The notes beneath the pieces were generated by a model. That model saw only the letters and a program-made list of their open reading frames with translations. It was not told the origin of the DNA and did no database searches. From Macrostomum lignano (taxonomy: Eukaryota), in the NCBI GenBank assembly GCA_002269645.1, contig NIVC01000530.1, positions 186,001 through 250,000 of the forward strand: a stretch of DNA of 64,000 bases, read 5' to 3'. The translations under genes were made by a program, and so were the position numbers. Of the stretch, positions 1 through 10,475 are shown one piece after another; within the stretch, counting starts at the first letter, position 1, and every line of letters starts with the position of its first letter.

Positions 1-244
1 TAACTTGTTTTTGATTCACCATTTTATTGCTTCTGTGACTTTTAAACTGTGCCTTTTATAAAATGAAAATATAAATCATAAATCATAAATTACATTGAAC
101 CATGTTTAGAAGCCTACTAAATAGCTTCTCTTTCATATCAATATTGCCTGAAACGAAACAAAAGAGTGCTGTAATATTTTTAGTCATTTTTCTTTTAAAC
201 AACTGTGATTGCAATGGCAACAGCATTTCTTAAATGATCTTGGG

Positions 245-468
245 CAAGACATCTTCTGCAAGTCATCTGGAAGATGTCTTTAAGTAGATTTTAAGATGTC
301 TTGAAGATGTCTGAAGACGTCTTTAAGTTATCTCTAAGTTGTCTACAAGTGTTGCAAGGAGCCAATTTTTAGACCGAATTAAGTCAATTGTAAGATGTCT
401 TGAAGACATCTTTCTGTCTTATGCAAGACATCTTTAAGACATAATTAAGCCAACTTTTTTTGATCGGG
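245..468. mobile_element. Truncated MITE arm with palindromic AAGACRTCTT sub-repeats, PIF/Harbinger-like right end
   Basis: Repeated AAGACATCTT/AAGATGTCTT/AAGACGTCTT motifs end in ...TTTTGATCGGG followed by TTA (469-471). This resembles the CGGG+TAA end of the intact element at 63094-63582. No left terminus was found. Confidence 0.35.
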
Positions 469-803
469 TTAGGCCTAGTCTCTATACTTTCTACCTAGAG
501 TTATAATTATAAAATGAATTTAATTATATTGTTTAATAACATATGATTATCAATTTGACAAATATTATTAAGTAATTAAAAATTTTAATTTCTTGAGAAT
601 TAGAATCCCAAGACTCCTAACTATTAGGCCCTAGTAATACTATTATTAGGCCTAGTCATTATTAGTCCCTATTCAATAGATAGAAAACTGAAACTTACAT
701 AAGGTAACAAATATAATACATCCATGCAATGATAGGGCCTACTCAGTGAAGACTAAGTAAAGAAATCTAAAAACTACAAGTTCAATATTCCAATCCAACT
801 TAC

Positions 804-909
804 TTCGATACTTCTCCCAGGCCTCAACTCTTTCTGAGTTTTGAAGACAGAGCTCATCACAAAGCTCATTGAAAGTACGTTCTAAAGGTTCTTCATCCTC
901 GAAGTCCAT
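804..909 (-). CDS. First coding exon of a retinoblastoma-family (p107/p130-like) pocket protein; gene continues beyond the left edge
   Basis: Manual translation from ATG at 909 gives MDFEDEEPLERTFNELCDELCLQNSERVEAWEKYR plus 1 nt, then a GTAAG donor (803-799). This matches the RBL1/RBL2 N-terminal pattern F.ELC..L.....R.EAW..YR as I recall it. An acceptor with a CTAAC branch site lies 9 nt upstream of the ATG, with a probable short 5'UTR intron at 919-976. Confidence 0.75.
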
Positions 910-1030
910 AGCGTTCCACTAAATTATTGTTAGTTGATAGTTAAAAAACAAAACGCAATTTTACCGAGCAATTCACCTTTTATTTTCAGATTTTGCATTT
1001 TCCAAGACAGATTCGCACGGCTAAAAAATA

Positions 1031-1042
1031 CAAAATGGCGGC
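1031..1042. promoter_or_regulatory. YY1-like motif CAAAATGGCGGC upstream of the Rb-family gene
   Basis: Match to the GCCGCCATTTTG consensus about 120 bp upstream of the minus-strand ATG. Function is inferred only. Confidence 0.3.
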
Positions 1043-3395
1043 TAAACTAAAACAAAAGAAAAATGTTTTTTTTAAATTAGAGCTTTCTTTTTTGTAGCTA
1101 TATTATAAAAATAATTTAAAAGTTTCTAATCAACACAAAAGTTTTTTAATTTCTTAACTAATTGAGCACTGGACTTTTCGCATTATTGGATTCAAATTCG
1201 CAGATGCAGATTATCTCGAGTAAAGTGCGTTAAAATTGAAAGCGTATGCGCTTTCTGGAGAACAAGCCATTTATTTATTTTGAAATGGATAGTGAATAAT
1301 GGTAGTGAATAATCTTAGCTATGGTTTTTTTAAAACTAGAAATAGGCGGATAGTTGCAGTGTTAGCTAGGCCCTATTCATCACGACATCAGTATCAAAAA
1401 CAAAAAGTCACTGTGAGATGATCTATCTGGACTGTTGCCGGGCATTGGATGAATAAAAATTTATGTATATCGGTGGATGTATTGTCAAAGTTTTCTGATA
1501 TTTTAGTACCAAAAATTAAATACAAATATTTTTTTACCATTTTATGCATACTGTACTGTAGTGCAGTGCAGTGTATAGTAAAGCTTTTTGAATTGCTGTC
1601 TATTGTGTGGTGTGTCATGTGTGCTACCTACAAGTAGGTCTACTACCTAAGCCAAGGCCCTATAAAAATGGTTCTCATGAACATTCATTTGACATTTGTC
1701 AAAAAATTTAGTTGTATGGATATTTACATATATTAAAAATTTACTTGCATATGCTACTTTGGTTTTACCTAGAAACTTACTTTTTAAGCCTAGTATAGGC
1801 CTAGATATTGAAATTAGTTGTCATAGGATTGGTTTTGAGCCTAGGAATATACACTTTACTATTTAGGCCATAGTCAAATACTTAGCCCACAGTATAGCCA
1901 TGGTATACCTAGTAGCTATAAGAGCATATTGCTAGTGCTGGTTTAAATTCCTAAGTACTTAGGCTAAGTTTTTGTTTAGATATTGCCTGCTGTGCCGACC
2001 ACCGTTGACTTGAGGGGTTGTGTGTTTGCCATTGATTCAATGTTGACCCTTTTCTAGGTTAATGGATATCAATTCAATGACAAACAGTCAACATGTTTTT
2101 GATGCTTATTTGAAATGTATTTGACTACCTCTCCCCTGATTCGACACATAGTTGACACACATTCAATATTTAATATTATTGATATTACATATGTATGTAT
2201 ATGTAAACATGTGGCTGATGTTTTTGTAGACCTTGATCATGATAGAAACAAAATAATTTATAGTAGCTAATTGCACATTCTATTAACATCTGAAACAATG
2301 AAATGTAAGAAATTTTTTATAGATTTTTGGTCATTTAAACAAAGTGCAAAAAATTTCCATGTTAATAGCAAAAGGTTTGGTTAGGTCCAGAGCAACATGT
2401 ATTTGCAAATTAAAATAACATTAGGCACAATTTATACCATAATTAAATTTGCACTTTGAGTTACAAAAAAGTGCTTAGCAGCATTTATTGAAGGTGCTAA
2501 CCAAAGCTTCAATGTCAGTTCATGTTTCTTGCTCTTGCTCAGCTCAGGTTGTTCATGTCCACAGTCACTCCTGCTATTTAGCAACCAGTGTGGCAACTCC
2601 ACTCCTTGTCTTTATAGTGAAATACTTAATTAGCCATTATCAAGCTAGCTGAAATGTGTTCATTTCAAAACAGGAAGTCTATATAAATACAAAAAATAGA
2701 TGTATATATAATTTGTTAAATGACTATATAAATAAAAAGTGACAATTAGACATTTATATAAAACAAGATATATATTTAAGGTATAATTTCTAAAGCTTAG
2801 CATGCTGTTTGCATCTACTGCATAGAAACCTACTCTTAGCCCTTCTCAGAGAGGAATTAAAAAATGTTTGATCTAAAAGGAATGATATATATTTTTATCA
2901 AAAATATAGGCCACAACTAGTCTACTTTTTATCATTCTTGCCTTCTTTGGATATCTTTCTTTTTAATAACTTTCCACTGGTTGCTATTATTAGACTTATT
3001 TAATCTTAAAGTTTTTCTACAATATTTATTATAGTTGTAAATTATTCATAGTAAGCATAAATAGACTAGCAGTAGGAACTATACCTAGAAGTAGATCTAG
3101 TAGATGGAGCAATTCCCCAAGGTCAAGAAGTATTTGCTATATAAACAATTAGCATAACTAGATAACACAGGGCCTAGTATATAGCATAACAAGCTGTTAA
3201 AACCCGCGGATTTTGAACCCGGGGAATTTCAATCCCTGGAACTATTTTTGGATGTACTCGTATTCTAAAATCTGAGGTCAAACTCAAACAAAAACTCGTT
3301 AATAGTTAGGTTAGAATTAAACATAAAATAGAGTACATTCGTGAAAAATTAGGATTTGAGGCAAACATTTATATTGTTGGCTGGGGTACTGCGAA

Positions 3396-4524
3396 CAGGC
3401 AAACTCTGGCCTCTGCCTCTCCTTATGTCCCTTGGATCCTTAGAAACTTCGATCTTCTCTTCTGTTTCCTCTTCTCTCTCTCCTCTATCCCCTATTCTCT
3501 CGTCTATTCCCTCTCCCTTCTATTCTTTTTATCCCTCCTCTCCTCCCTCCTCTCTACTCTCTACTCTCTCTCCTCTCATCTCATCTCTTCTTTCCTCTCT
3601 CCTCTCTCCTCTCTTCTATCGTCTCTTCGATCCCTCACCTCTCTTCTCTCTCGTCTTTGCTCTCTTATCTATCTCTTCTTTCTCTTCTTTTATCTTTTCT
3701 CTCTTCTCTCTTCTCATTCTTTCTGCATGTTCTCTCCTCTCTCTTTCCCTCTCTCTCTCCTCTCTCTCTCTCCCTCTCTCTCCTCTCATCTCTCTGCTCT
3801 CTCCTGTCCCATCTCTCTTTCTCCTCTAATCTCTCCCCTGTTTCCTCTTCTCTCTCGTCCTTTCTCTCTTTTCCCTGTCCTCTCGGTTCTCTCCCCTCCC
3901 CTCCTCTCTCCTCACTCACTTCTCTCTCCCTTTGTCTCACCTCTCATCTCTTATTTCTATCCTTTTTTCTCTCCACTCTCCCATCTCTCGTCTGTTCACT
4001 CTCGTCTCTGGTCTCTCATCTCCCCTCTCTCATCTGCCATCTTTACTCTCTTATACTCGTATGTTTTCTCACCTCTCTCATCTGTACTCTTCTCTTTCCC
4101 CTCTTTTGACTCCTCTCTTTCCTTTCTCCTTTTTCCCTTCTCTTCTCTTCCCTCTTCTATTCTCTCCCTCTCTTGTCTTTTCTCTTCTCTCTTCACTCTC
4201 CTCTCTCCTCTCATGTATCGCGTTCACTCTCATCTTTGCTCTCTACCCCCTCTCTCTTCTGTCATCTTTACTCTCCACTCTCCTGTATACTCTTCTCTTT
4301 CCCCTCTACTGAATCCTCTCTTCTTACTCCTCTTCTCTTCCCTCTTCTATACTCTCTCCCCTCTATTCTCTTCTCTTGTCTCTGCACTCTGCTCTCTCTT
4401 CCTTCATCTCTCATCTCTACTCTCTCATCTTTCCTTTCATCTCTCTTATCTCCACAATCTCATCTCTTTCCTCTCTCCTCTTCTTCCCTTTACTCTATCA
4501 TTTCTCCTTTCTCCTCTCTGTCTC

Positions 4525-4612
<88 letters not shown>

Positions 4613-4991
4613 TCCTCTCTTCTCAGTCCTCTCTACCTCTCTCCCCTCCTATCTCCTCTCTGTTCTCTATTCTCTTCTCACTCTTCTCTACTCTCCTCTC
4701 TCATCGATCCTCTGTCTCATCTCTCCCCTCTTCTCTCTTCCTCTTCTCTCCTCTACTCTTTCCTCTCCCTCCTGTCTCCCCTCCTCTCGCTTCCTCCTCC
4801 CATATTCTCTGCTCTCTCCTCGTCCTCACCCCACTCGTCTCTCCTGTTATCTTATATCTTTTCTCTTACCCCCCTCTCGCCCTTCCTCTCTTTCTAATAG
4901 TCTATTCCTTTTCTTTTTCACTCTCATCTGGCCCGCAGCCATGAGTTGGATTCTTTATCTGGCCTTTGAGTTAAAAATCTACCGATCCCTG
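3396..4991 (+). mobile_element. CT-rich hAT-like non-autonomous element nested in the Helitron-like element
   Basis: Right end AAAATCTACCGATCCCTG (reverse complement CAGGGATCGG...) is preceded by GGCCCGCAGCC. Left end CAGGCAAACTCTGGCC is degenerate. The interior is about 1.5 kb of polypyrimidine. No target-site duplication found. Confidence 0.35.
4527..4608. repeat. (CT)n microsatellite, about 41 units
   Basis: Uninterrupted CT dinucleotide run. Confidence 0.95.
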
Positions 4992-6158
4992 CTTCGAAAG
5001 CCAGTTTGTGGGACGGTACTATCATGGTTATCATTTCTCATGCTTTAATCACGTCACCTTTCTGGCCAATTAGCAGCCCTGAGAGGAATTTGTGTATCTC
5101 CAGCTCCATCACCACAGTCTGCACTTTGCAGCAGTCTAACAACCAAGGAAATACGCATTTCTTAGGAGTCATTTAAATTTTAAAGTTACCCTATGCGAAA
5201 CTTAATGTTAAAAGCTTCATGGTGTAACTAATTTAGTAGGATTGCATTGTAATAAGGTATTCATTAAATTTTCGCTATTTTTACAAACCATCCCGCATCG
5301 CCTTGATTTGCCTGTTTGCCATCTACTGTTAAACTACTGCAGACTTGTGTCTATACAGAGGACAGTGGTTTGAATCTCTCGCTGAAACTGTCTCTCCTCT
5401 CCACGCCTCTCCACTCGCGGGGGTACAGAGAAGGCTATTCCAAAACACTGTACATTCGCTATGTACATTGAGCCCTATTGCCTGACCCTTCGTCTGGCTC
5501 TGGGGGAATGAGTGAGTGAGTGGCACAAACAACAGAAAAAGCAGACAAACTTCACATGCTTACAGTTTCTGTTCTGATTGAGTTAGAGAGTTGAAACTTT
5601 ACATTTAGATAGAGAAAATTTAGATAGAGAATGGGTCAATAAAGAATTGTGTCAAATTTGAAGTCAATCGCTTCACGTGAAGCAAACTTATGGCAGCCCA
5701 AAGTTAGTCATTTAAAAACCTATTTGCACCCTTTGCCCAGATCGGGAAAGAGGCAGGCGGGTGGAGGTTGGGGTGGCTGCCTCGCTGAAAAAAAACAGCC
5801 TAACTTTAAAAGTGCACAGCGGCTTTCAGGATTAACTTTGAAATTTGAAATTTTACACGATTGTGTCAAAATAGTTTAAAATTGCCTGTGTCAAATTTGA
5901 AGAGAATCGGTAAAAGTGGAGCGGCGCTATGGAGGATTTAGTGAAAAAATCTCGCATTTTGAGCAGTTTTTTGCACTTTTAGGTAGGAAGACTCAAATTT
6001 AGGAAATTAAAAGGTAGCCTAAGACATTCTCCGTAGTAAGTTTAGGGTGGGTGTAAAGTTTGGTGTAATTTAGTTGAGCGGTTTGGGAGTCCATAGCGAT
6101 CAAAATTGTCCACACACAGACAGACACACACACACAGAGTTTTGATTTTTATAGGTAG

Positions 6159-7765
6159 ACGAGTGGAACTCCTCCTCTGGAGGAGAAAGGGGAAGAACTC
6201 CCATCACCGGAATTCTGAAGGGGAAGAACTCCCATCAGCTGAAATTCCATGACTTGAATCCCATCTTCCAAATCATCTCCAAATCCTCTACAATGCATTT
6301 CAATTACCGGATATCTTGTTTTCCCTATTTGCAAAAACTCACTGGCATTGTCCAGACTCGGACTCTCATGTCTCTGCTCTCATTTCTCATATCTCATATC
6401 TTTCATATCACCCTCTCCTTTCTTATCTTCCATCTTTCTGCCCTCCTTACTACCGTCTCTTGTCACCTCTCTTTTCTCTCCTCTCCATTCTTTCTTCTCT
6501 CCTTTCCTTTCTCCTCTCATCTTCTCCCCTCTCTTCTCAAATCTCTCTCTCTCTTTTCTCACTTATCTCTTTTCTATTTGCATCTCTCATCTCTCATCTC
6601 TCTCCTCTCATATGTACTATCTTATTTATCTCTTCTCCCAGGTCTTTCAAATTTACTCTCTCCTGTCTCCTCTCTCCCCTCGTCTCTCCTCTCTCATATC
6701 TCTTCTCTACTCACTTATCTATTCTCTTTACTCTGCTCCCCTTTTACACTTTCCTATATGCTCTCACTCTCACTCTCTCCTTTCTTATCTCCTGTTTTTA
6801 CACTCCTTTCTACCACCTGTCTCCTCTCGTTTCTCTCCTCTCTGCACTCTCATCTTTACCCTCTTCTTTTTCCTCACTACTTTCTTCTCTTAAATCTCTG
6901 ATCTCTGATCTTTCATCTCTCTCCTCTCAACTCTCACCTCTCTCCTCTCTTTCCTCTCTTCTATTGCCTCTGTGCGCTCTTATCCCTCTTTTCTTCTCTG
7001 TCCTGTCTCCTCTCTTCTATCTCATATCTTCTCTCTACTATCCTCTCCCTTCATCTCCTCTCTCCTCTTCTCTTCTCTCTTCCTTCGTTCCCGCCTTACT
7101 ACCCTCTTCTCTCCCATCTGTCATGTCTAATCTCTCCACTCATTTCTACTCTGTTTTCTATCATCTCATCTCTCTTCTCTTTTCATTCTTCTCTTTACTC
7201 TCTTCTCTGACTGATTGAAGATGCCAAATCCATCAAGATCCTCTCCGCGCGAAGCAGAAATCCTGTCCGTGCAACTGAAAACCATCGAAATCGTCTCCGT
7301 GAAACTGGACTCCTTCGAAATCCTCTCCTTGAAACTTAAATTCATCAAAATCGTCTCCATAAAACAGAAATCAATCATAAATTATCTCCACGAAACAGAA
7401 ATCCTCTCCGTGAAGCTGAACACCATCGAAATCCTCTCCACGAAACAGAAATCCTCTCCGTCAAAATTAAAACATTGAAATCGTCTCCGCTAAACTGGAC
7501 TCAATCAAAATTTTTCCGTCAAACAACTCAACTCTCCGGATTCATTGGTTAGGGCTAGGGTTAGGGTTAGAACTACGCACAGCTTCGTGTTAAAAGGCAC
7601 TGATAAAAATATTGAACTAATTGAATCAATTCACTGCGCAACCGATTTCACAGTCAGTCAGTATCAGTCTCAGTTAAAGTTAACAAAAACATTGCGCAAT
7701 CTAAATCAACCCTCCAATACACAGCAGCAGTGAGAAGTTGAACCCTCCCCCCAACTTTATCTATT
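6159..7765 (+). repeat. Unit A1 (second copy 11241-12842): conserved leader, CT-rich body, ~20-21 bp GAAATCCTCTCCGTGAAAC repeats, TTAGGG run
   Basis: Direct comparison of the copies; only a few substitutions and indels separate A1 and A1'. Confidence 0.85.
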
Positions 7766-8543
7766 GTCTCGCAAAACTGAGTACAATTTTTGCAAAGTTA
7801 AAAGTATGGAAATAGTTTTTTAAATGCTGTGCTTTTTCTTTTCATATTTAAAGCAAACAACTTATATCCCCGAACTCAGCGTTGCAAGATCTTTCCAGCA
7901 ATATAAGTTTCTCCTCTCAAAGTTTAAAACTCGAGGAACAGTTAGCGTTTGAAATTTACCAATTTCCCGACTGCTTGCTAAGTTGCTAGAGAAGCTCGCA
8001 AGTTTATTCATTGAATTTCACTGCCAAACTAATACACAGGGCTGCCTATGGAAAAAAGGCGCCAATAATAAAACCAAATGAATCTCGACACAGTCTATCT
8101 ATTCACACTGTACAACTGCTATGTACACTCAGCCCAAGCCCAACCCCCGTTCTGGGTTAAGCATTAAATTTAACTCAGCCCCCCAACACGCGGGGGGTTT
8201 TATTTGCATTGAACCCAGAACACGCGCACCCACCACCCCTCAATACACAGCGGCTCGCGGGCGGAGGTTGGGGTGGCTATTTTTACAAACTGGCTGCAGC
8301 CCCAGTCAGAGTGGCCAAAGAAGGTTATTGGGGGTTAAAAAAGCAGTTTTCTGCTTTTTTAGGGATGTTAAAATTGGAAAATTAAAAATTAAAATAGCCT
8401 AAAGCCTGCTCCGGAAAATTTGCAGTTTTCCCATATAAGTTTCGACGCTGACTTGGCAGAATTGTAGGAGTTCACTTAATGCATACAGACAGACAGACAG
8501 ACAAACATCGCGTCAGCTTTAGTATTAGGAAGAAGAAGGAAGG

Positions 8544-9710
8544 ACGAGGCCAACTCCTCCTCTGGAGGAGAAAGGGGAAGAACTCCCATCACCGGAATTC
8601 CATTCCCTGAAATCCATCAGCGGAAATTCCATGACTTGAATCCCATCTTCCAAATCATCTCCAAATCCTCTGTAAAGCCTTTCAAATACCATATCTTGTT
8701 TTCCCTGTTCGCAAAAACTGACTGCCATTGTCCAGACTCAGATTCTTCTGTCTCCTCTCTTCTCTTTTCTCTCCTCTCACGTCTCTCATCTCTACCACCT
8801 TATTTATCTCTTCTCCCTCGTCTTTCGTCTTTCTCTCCTGTCTCCTTTATCCCCTGTTTTTTCCTCTCTCCTCTCTTCTCTCCTCTCTCATCTCTCATCC
8901 CTCATGCCTCATCTCACTATTTCTTTCTCCTCTACTCTCAGCTCCTCTCTTCTCTCTCCTCTCCTCTCTCCTGTCTCCCTCTGCTATCTCATATCTTCCC
9001 TCTCATCTCCTCTCTCCTCTTTTCTTCTCTCTCCATCTTCGTTCCCGCCTTACTCCCCTCTTCTCTCCCATCTGTCATGTCTAATCTGTCCTCTCTCATC
9101 TCTACTCTCTTTTCTATAATCTCTTCTCTCTTCTCTTTTCACTCTTCTCTTTTCACTCTTCTCTCTTCTCTCTTCTCTTTTCACTCTTCTCTTTACTCTC
9201 TTTACTGACTGACTGAAGATACCAAATCCATCAAAATCCCTCCATGAAACAGAAATCCTCTCCGCGAAACAGAAATCCTCTCCGCGAAACAGAAATCCTC
9301 TCCGCGAAACAGAAATCCTCTCCGTGAAACTGGGCTCCATGGAAATCCTCTGAGTGAAACTGACATCCATCAAAATCGTCTCCGTAAAACAGAAATACAT
9401 CTAGATTCTCTCCACGAAAAAGAAATCCTCTCCGTGAAACCGAAAACCATCAGAATACTCCGTGAAACTGGACTCAATCGAAATTTTCTCTGTCAAAAAG
9501 AACTTAACTCTCAGAATTCATTGGTTAGGGTTAGGGTTCGAGCTGCACAGAGCTGCGTGTTGAATTAATTGAATCAATTAATTGCGCAAACCATTTCTCA
9601 GTCAGACAGTATCAGTCTTATTTAAAGTTAAATAAACGGTTGCGCAATCTAAATCAACCCTCCAATACGCAGCGGCAGACCCCCTTCCAATACGCCCAAC
9701 TTTATCTATT
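8544..9710 (+). repeat. Unit A2 (second copy 13620-14786): shorter, diverged paralogue of A1
   Basis: Both copies are 1167 bp. The leader, 20-bp GAAACAGAAATCCTCTCCGC repeats and TTAGGG run are shared with A1, but the CT body differs. Confidence 0.85.
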
Positions 9711-10475
9711 ACGTCTCGCAAAACTGAGTACAATTTTTGCAGAAAGTTAAAAGTATGGAAATAGTTTTTTAAATGCTGTGCTTTTTCTTTTCATATTTAA
9801 AGCAAACAACTTATATCCCCGAACTCAGCGTTGCAAGATCTTTCCAGCAATATAAGTTTCTCCTCTCAAAGTTTAAAACTCGAGGAACAGTTAGCGTTTG
9901 AAATTTACCAATTTCCCGACTGCTTGCTAAGTTGCTAGAGAAGCTCGCAAGTTTATTCATTGAATTTCACTGCCAAACTAATACACAGGGCTGCCTATGA
10001 AAAAAAGGCGCCAATAATAAAACCAAATGAATCTCGACACAGTCTATCTATTCACACTGTACAACTGCTATGTACACTCAGCCCAAGCCCAACCCCCGTT
10101 CTGGGTTAAGCATTAAATTTAACTCAGCCCCCCAACACGCGGGGGTTTTATTTGCATTGAACCCAGAACACGCGCACCCACCACCCCTCAATACACAGCG
10201 GCTCGCAGGCGGAGGTTGGGGTGGCTATTTTTACAAACTGGCTGCAGCCCCAGTCAGAGTGGCCAAAGAAGGTTATTGGGGGTTAAAAAAGCAGTTTTCT
10301 GCTTTTTTAGGGATGTTAAAATTGGAAAATTAAAAATTAAAATAGCCTAAAGCCTGCTCCGGAAAATTTGCAGTTTTCCCATATAAGTTTCGACGCTGAC
10401 TTGGCAGAATTGTAGGAGTTCACTTAATGCATACAGACAGACAGACAAACATCGCGTCAGTTTTAGTATAAGGGG
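9711..10475 (+). mobile_element. 765-bp unit C (5 copies starting at 7766, 9711, 10476, 12843, 14787), Helentron-associated (HINE-like) non-autonomous element
   Basis: Starts ACGTCTCGCAAAACTGAG and ends GTAGGAGTTCACTTAATGCATA(CAGA)n...TTTAGTATAAGGGG or TTTAGTATTAGGAAG. The terminal architecture matches the 3187-6158 element. Confidence 0.5.

Larger units (their letters stand above)
3187..6158 (+). mobile_element. Non-autonomous Helitron/Helentron-like element (Lep1/HINE-type termini)
   Basis: 5' end TAACAAGCTGTTAAAACCCGCGG resembles the ACTAGCTG..CCCGCG start of Lep1-like elements. 3' end AGCGGTTTGGGAGTCCATAGCG...(CAGA/CA)n...TTTTATAGGTAG fits the microsatellite-plus-terminus pattern of these elements. 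No transposase ORF. Confidence 0.5.

Noticed and set aside
80-150. Possible exon 2 of the Rb-family gene (acceptor TTTCGTTTCAG near 148, minus strand)
   Set aside because: The phase fits but the peptide (SNIDMKEKLFSRLLNM) does not resemble the expected YTLEG..W.ACALY continuation.
7215-7478. 87-aa ORF with EILSVKL heptad periodicity
   Set aside because: It reflects the 20-21 bp DNA sub-repeat, and the paralogous A2 unit does not preserve the frame.
8121-8402. Recurrent MYTQPKPNPR ORF in unit C
   Set aside because: The frame changes between copies at homopolymer runs, and it has no recognisable domain.
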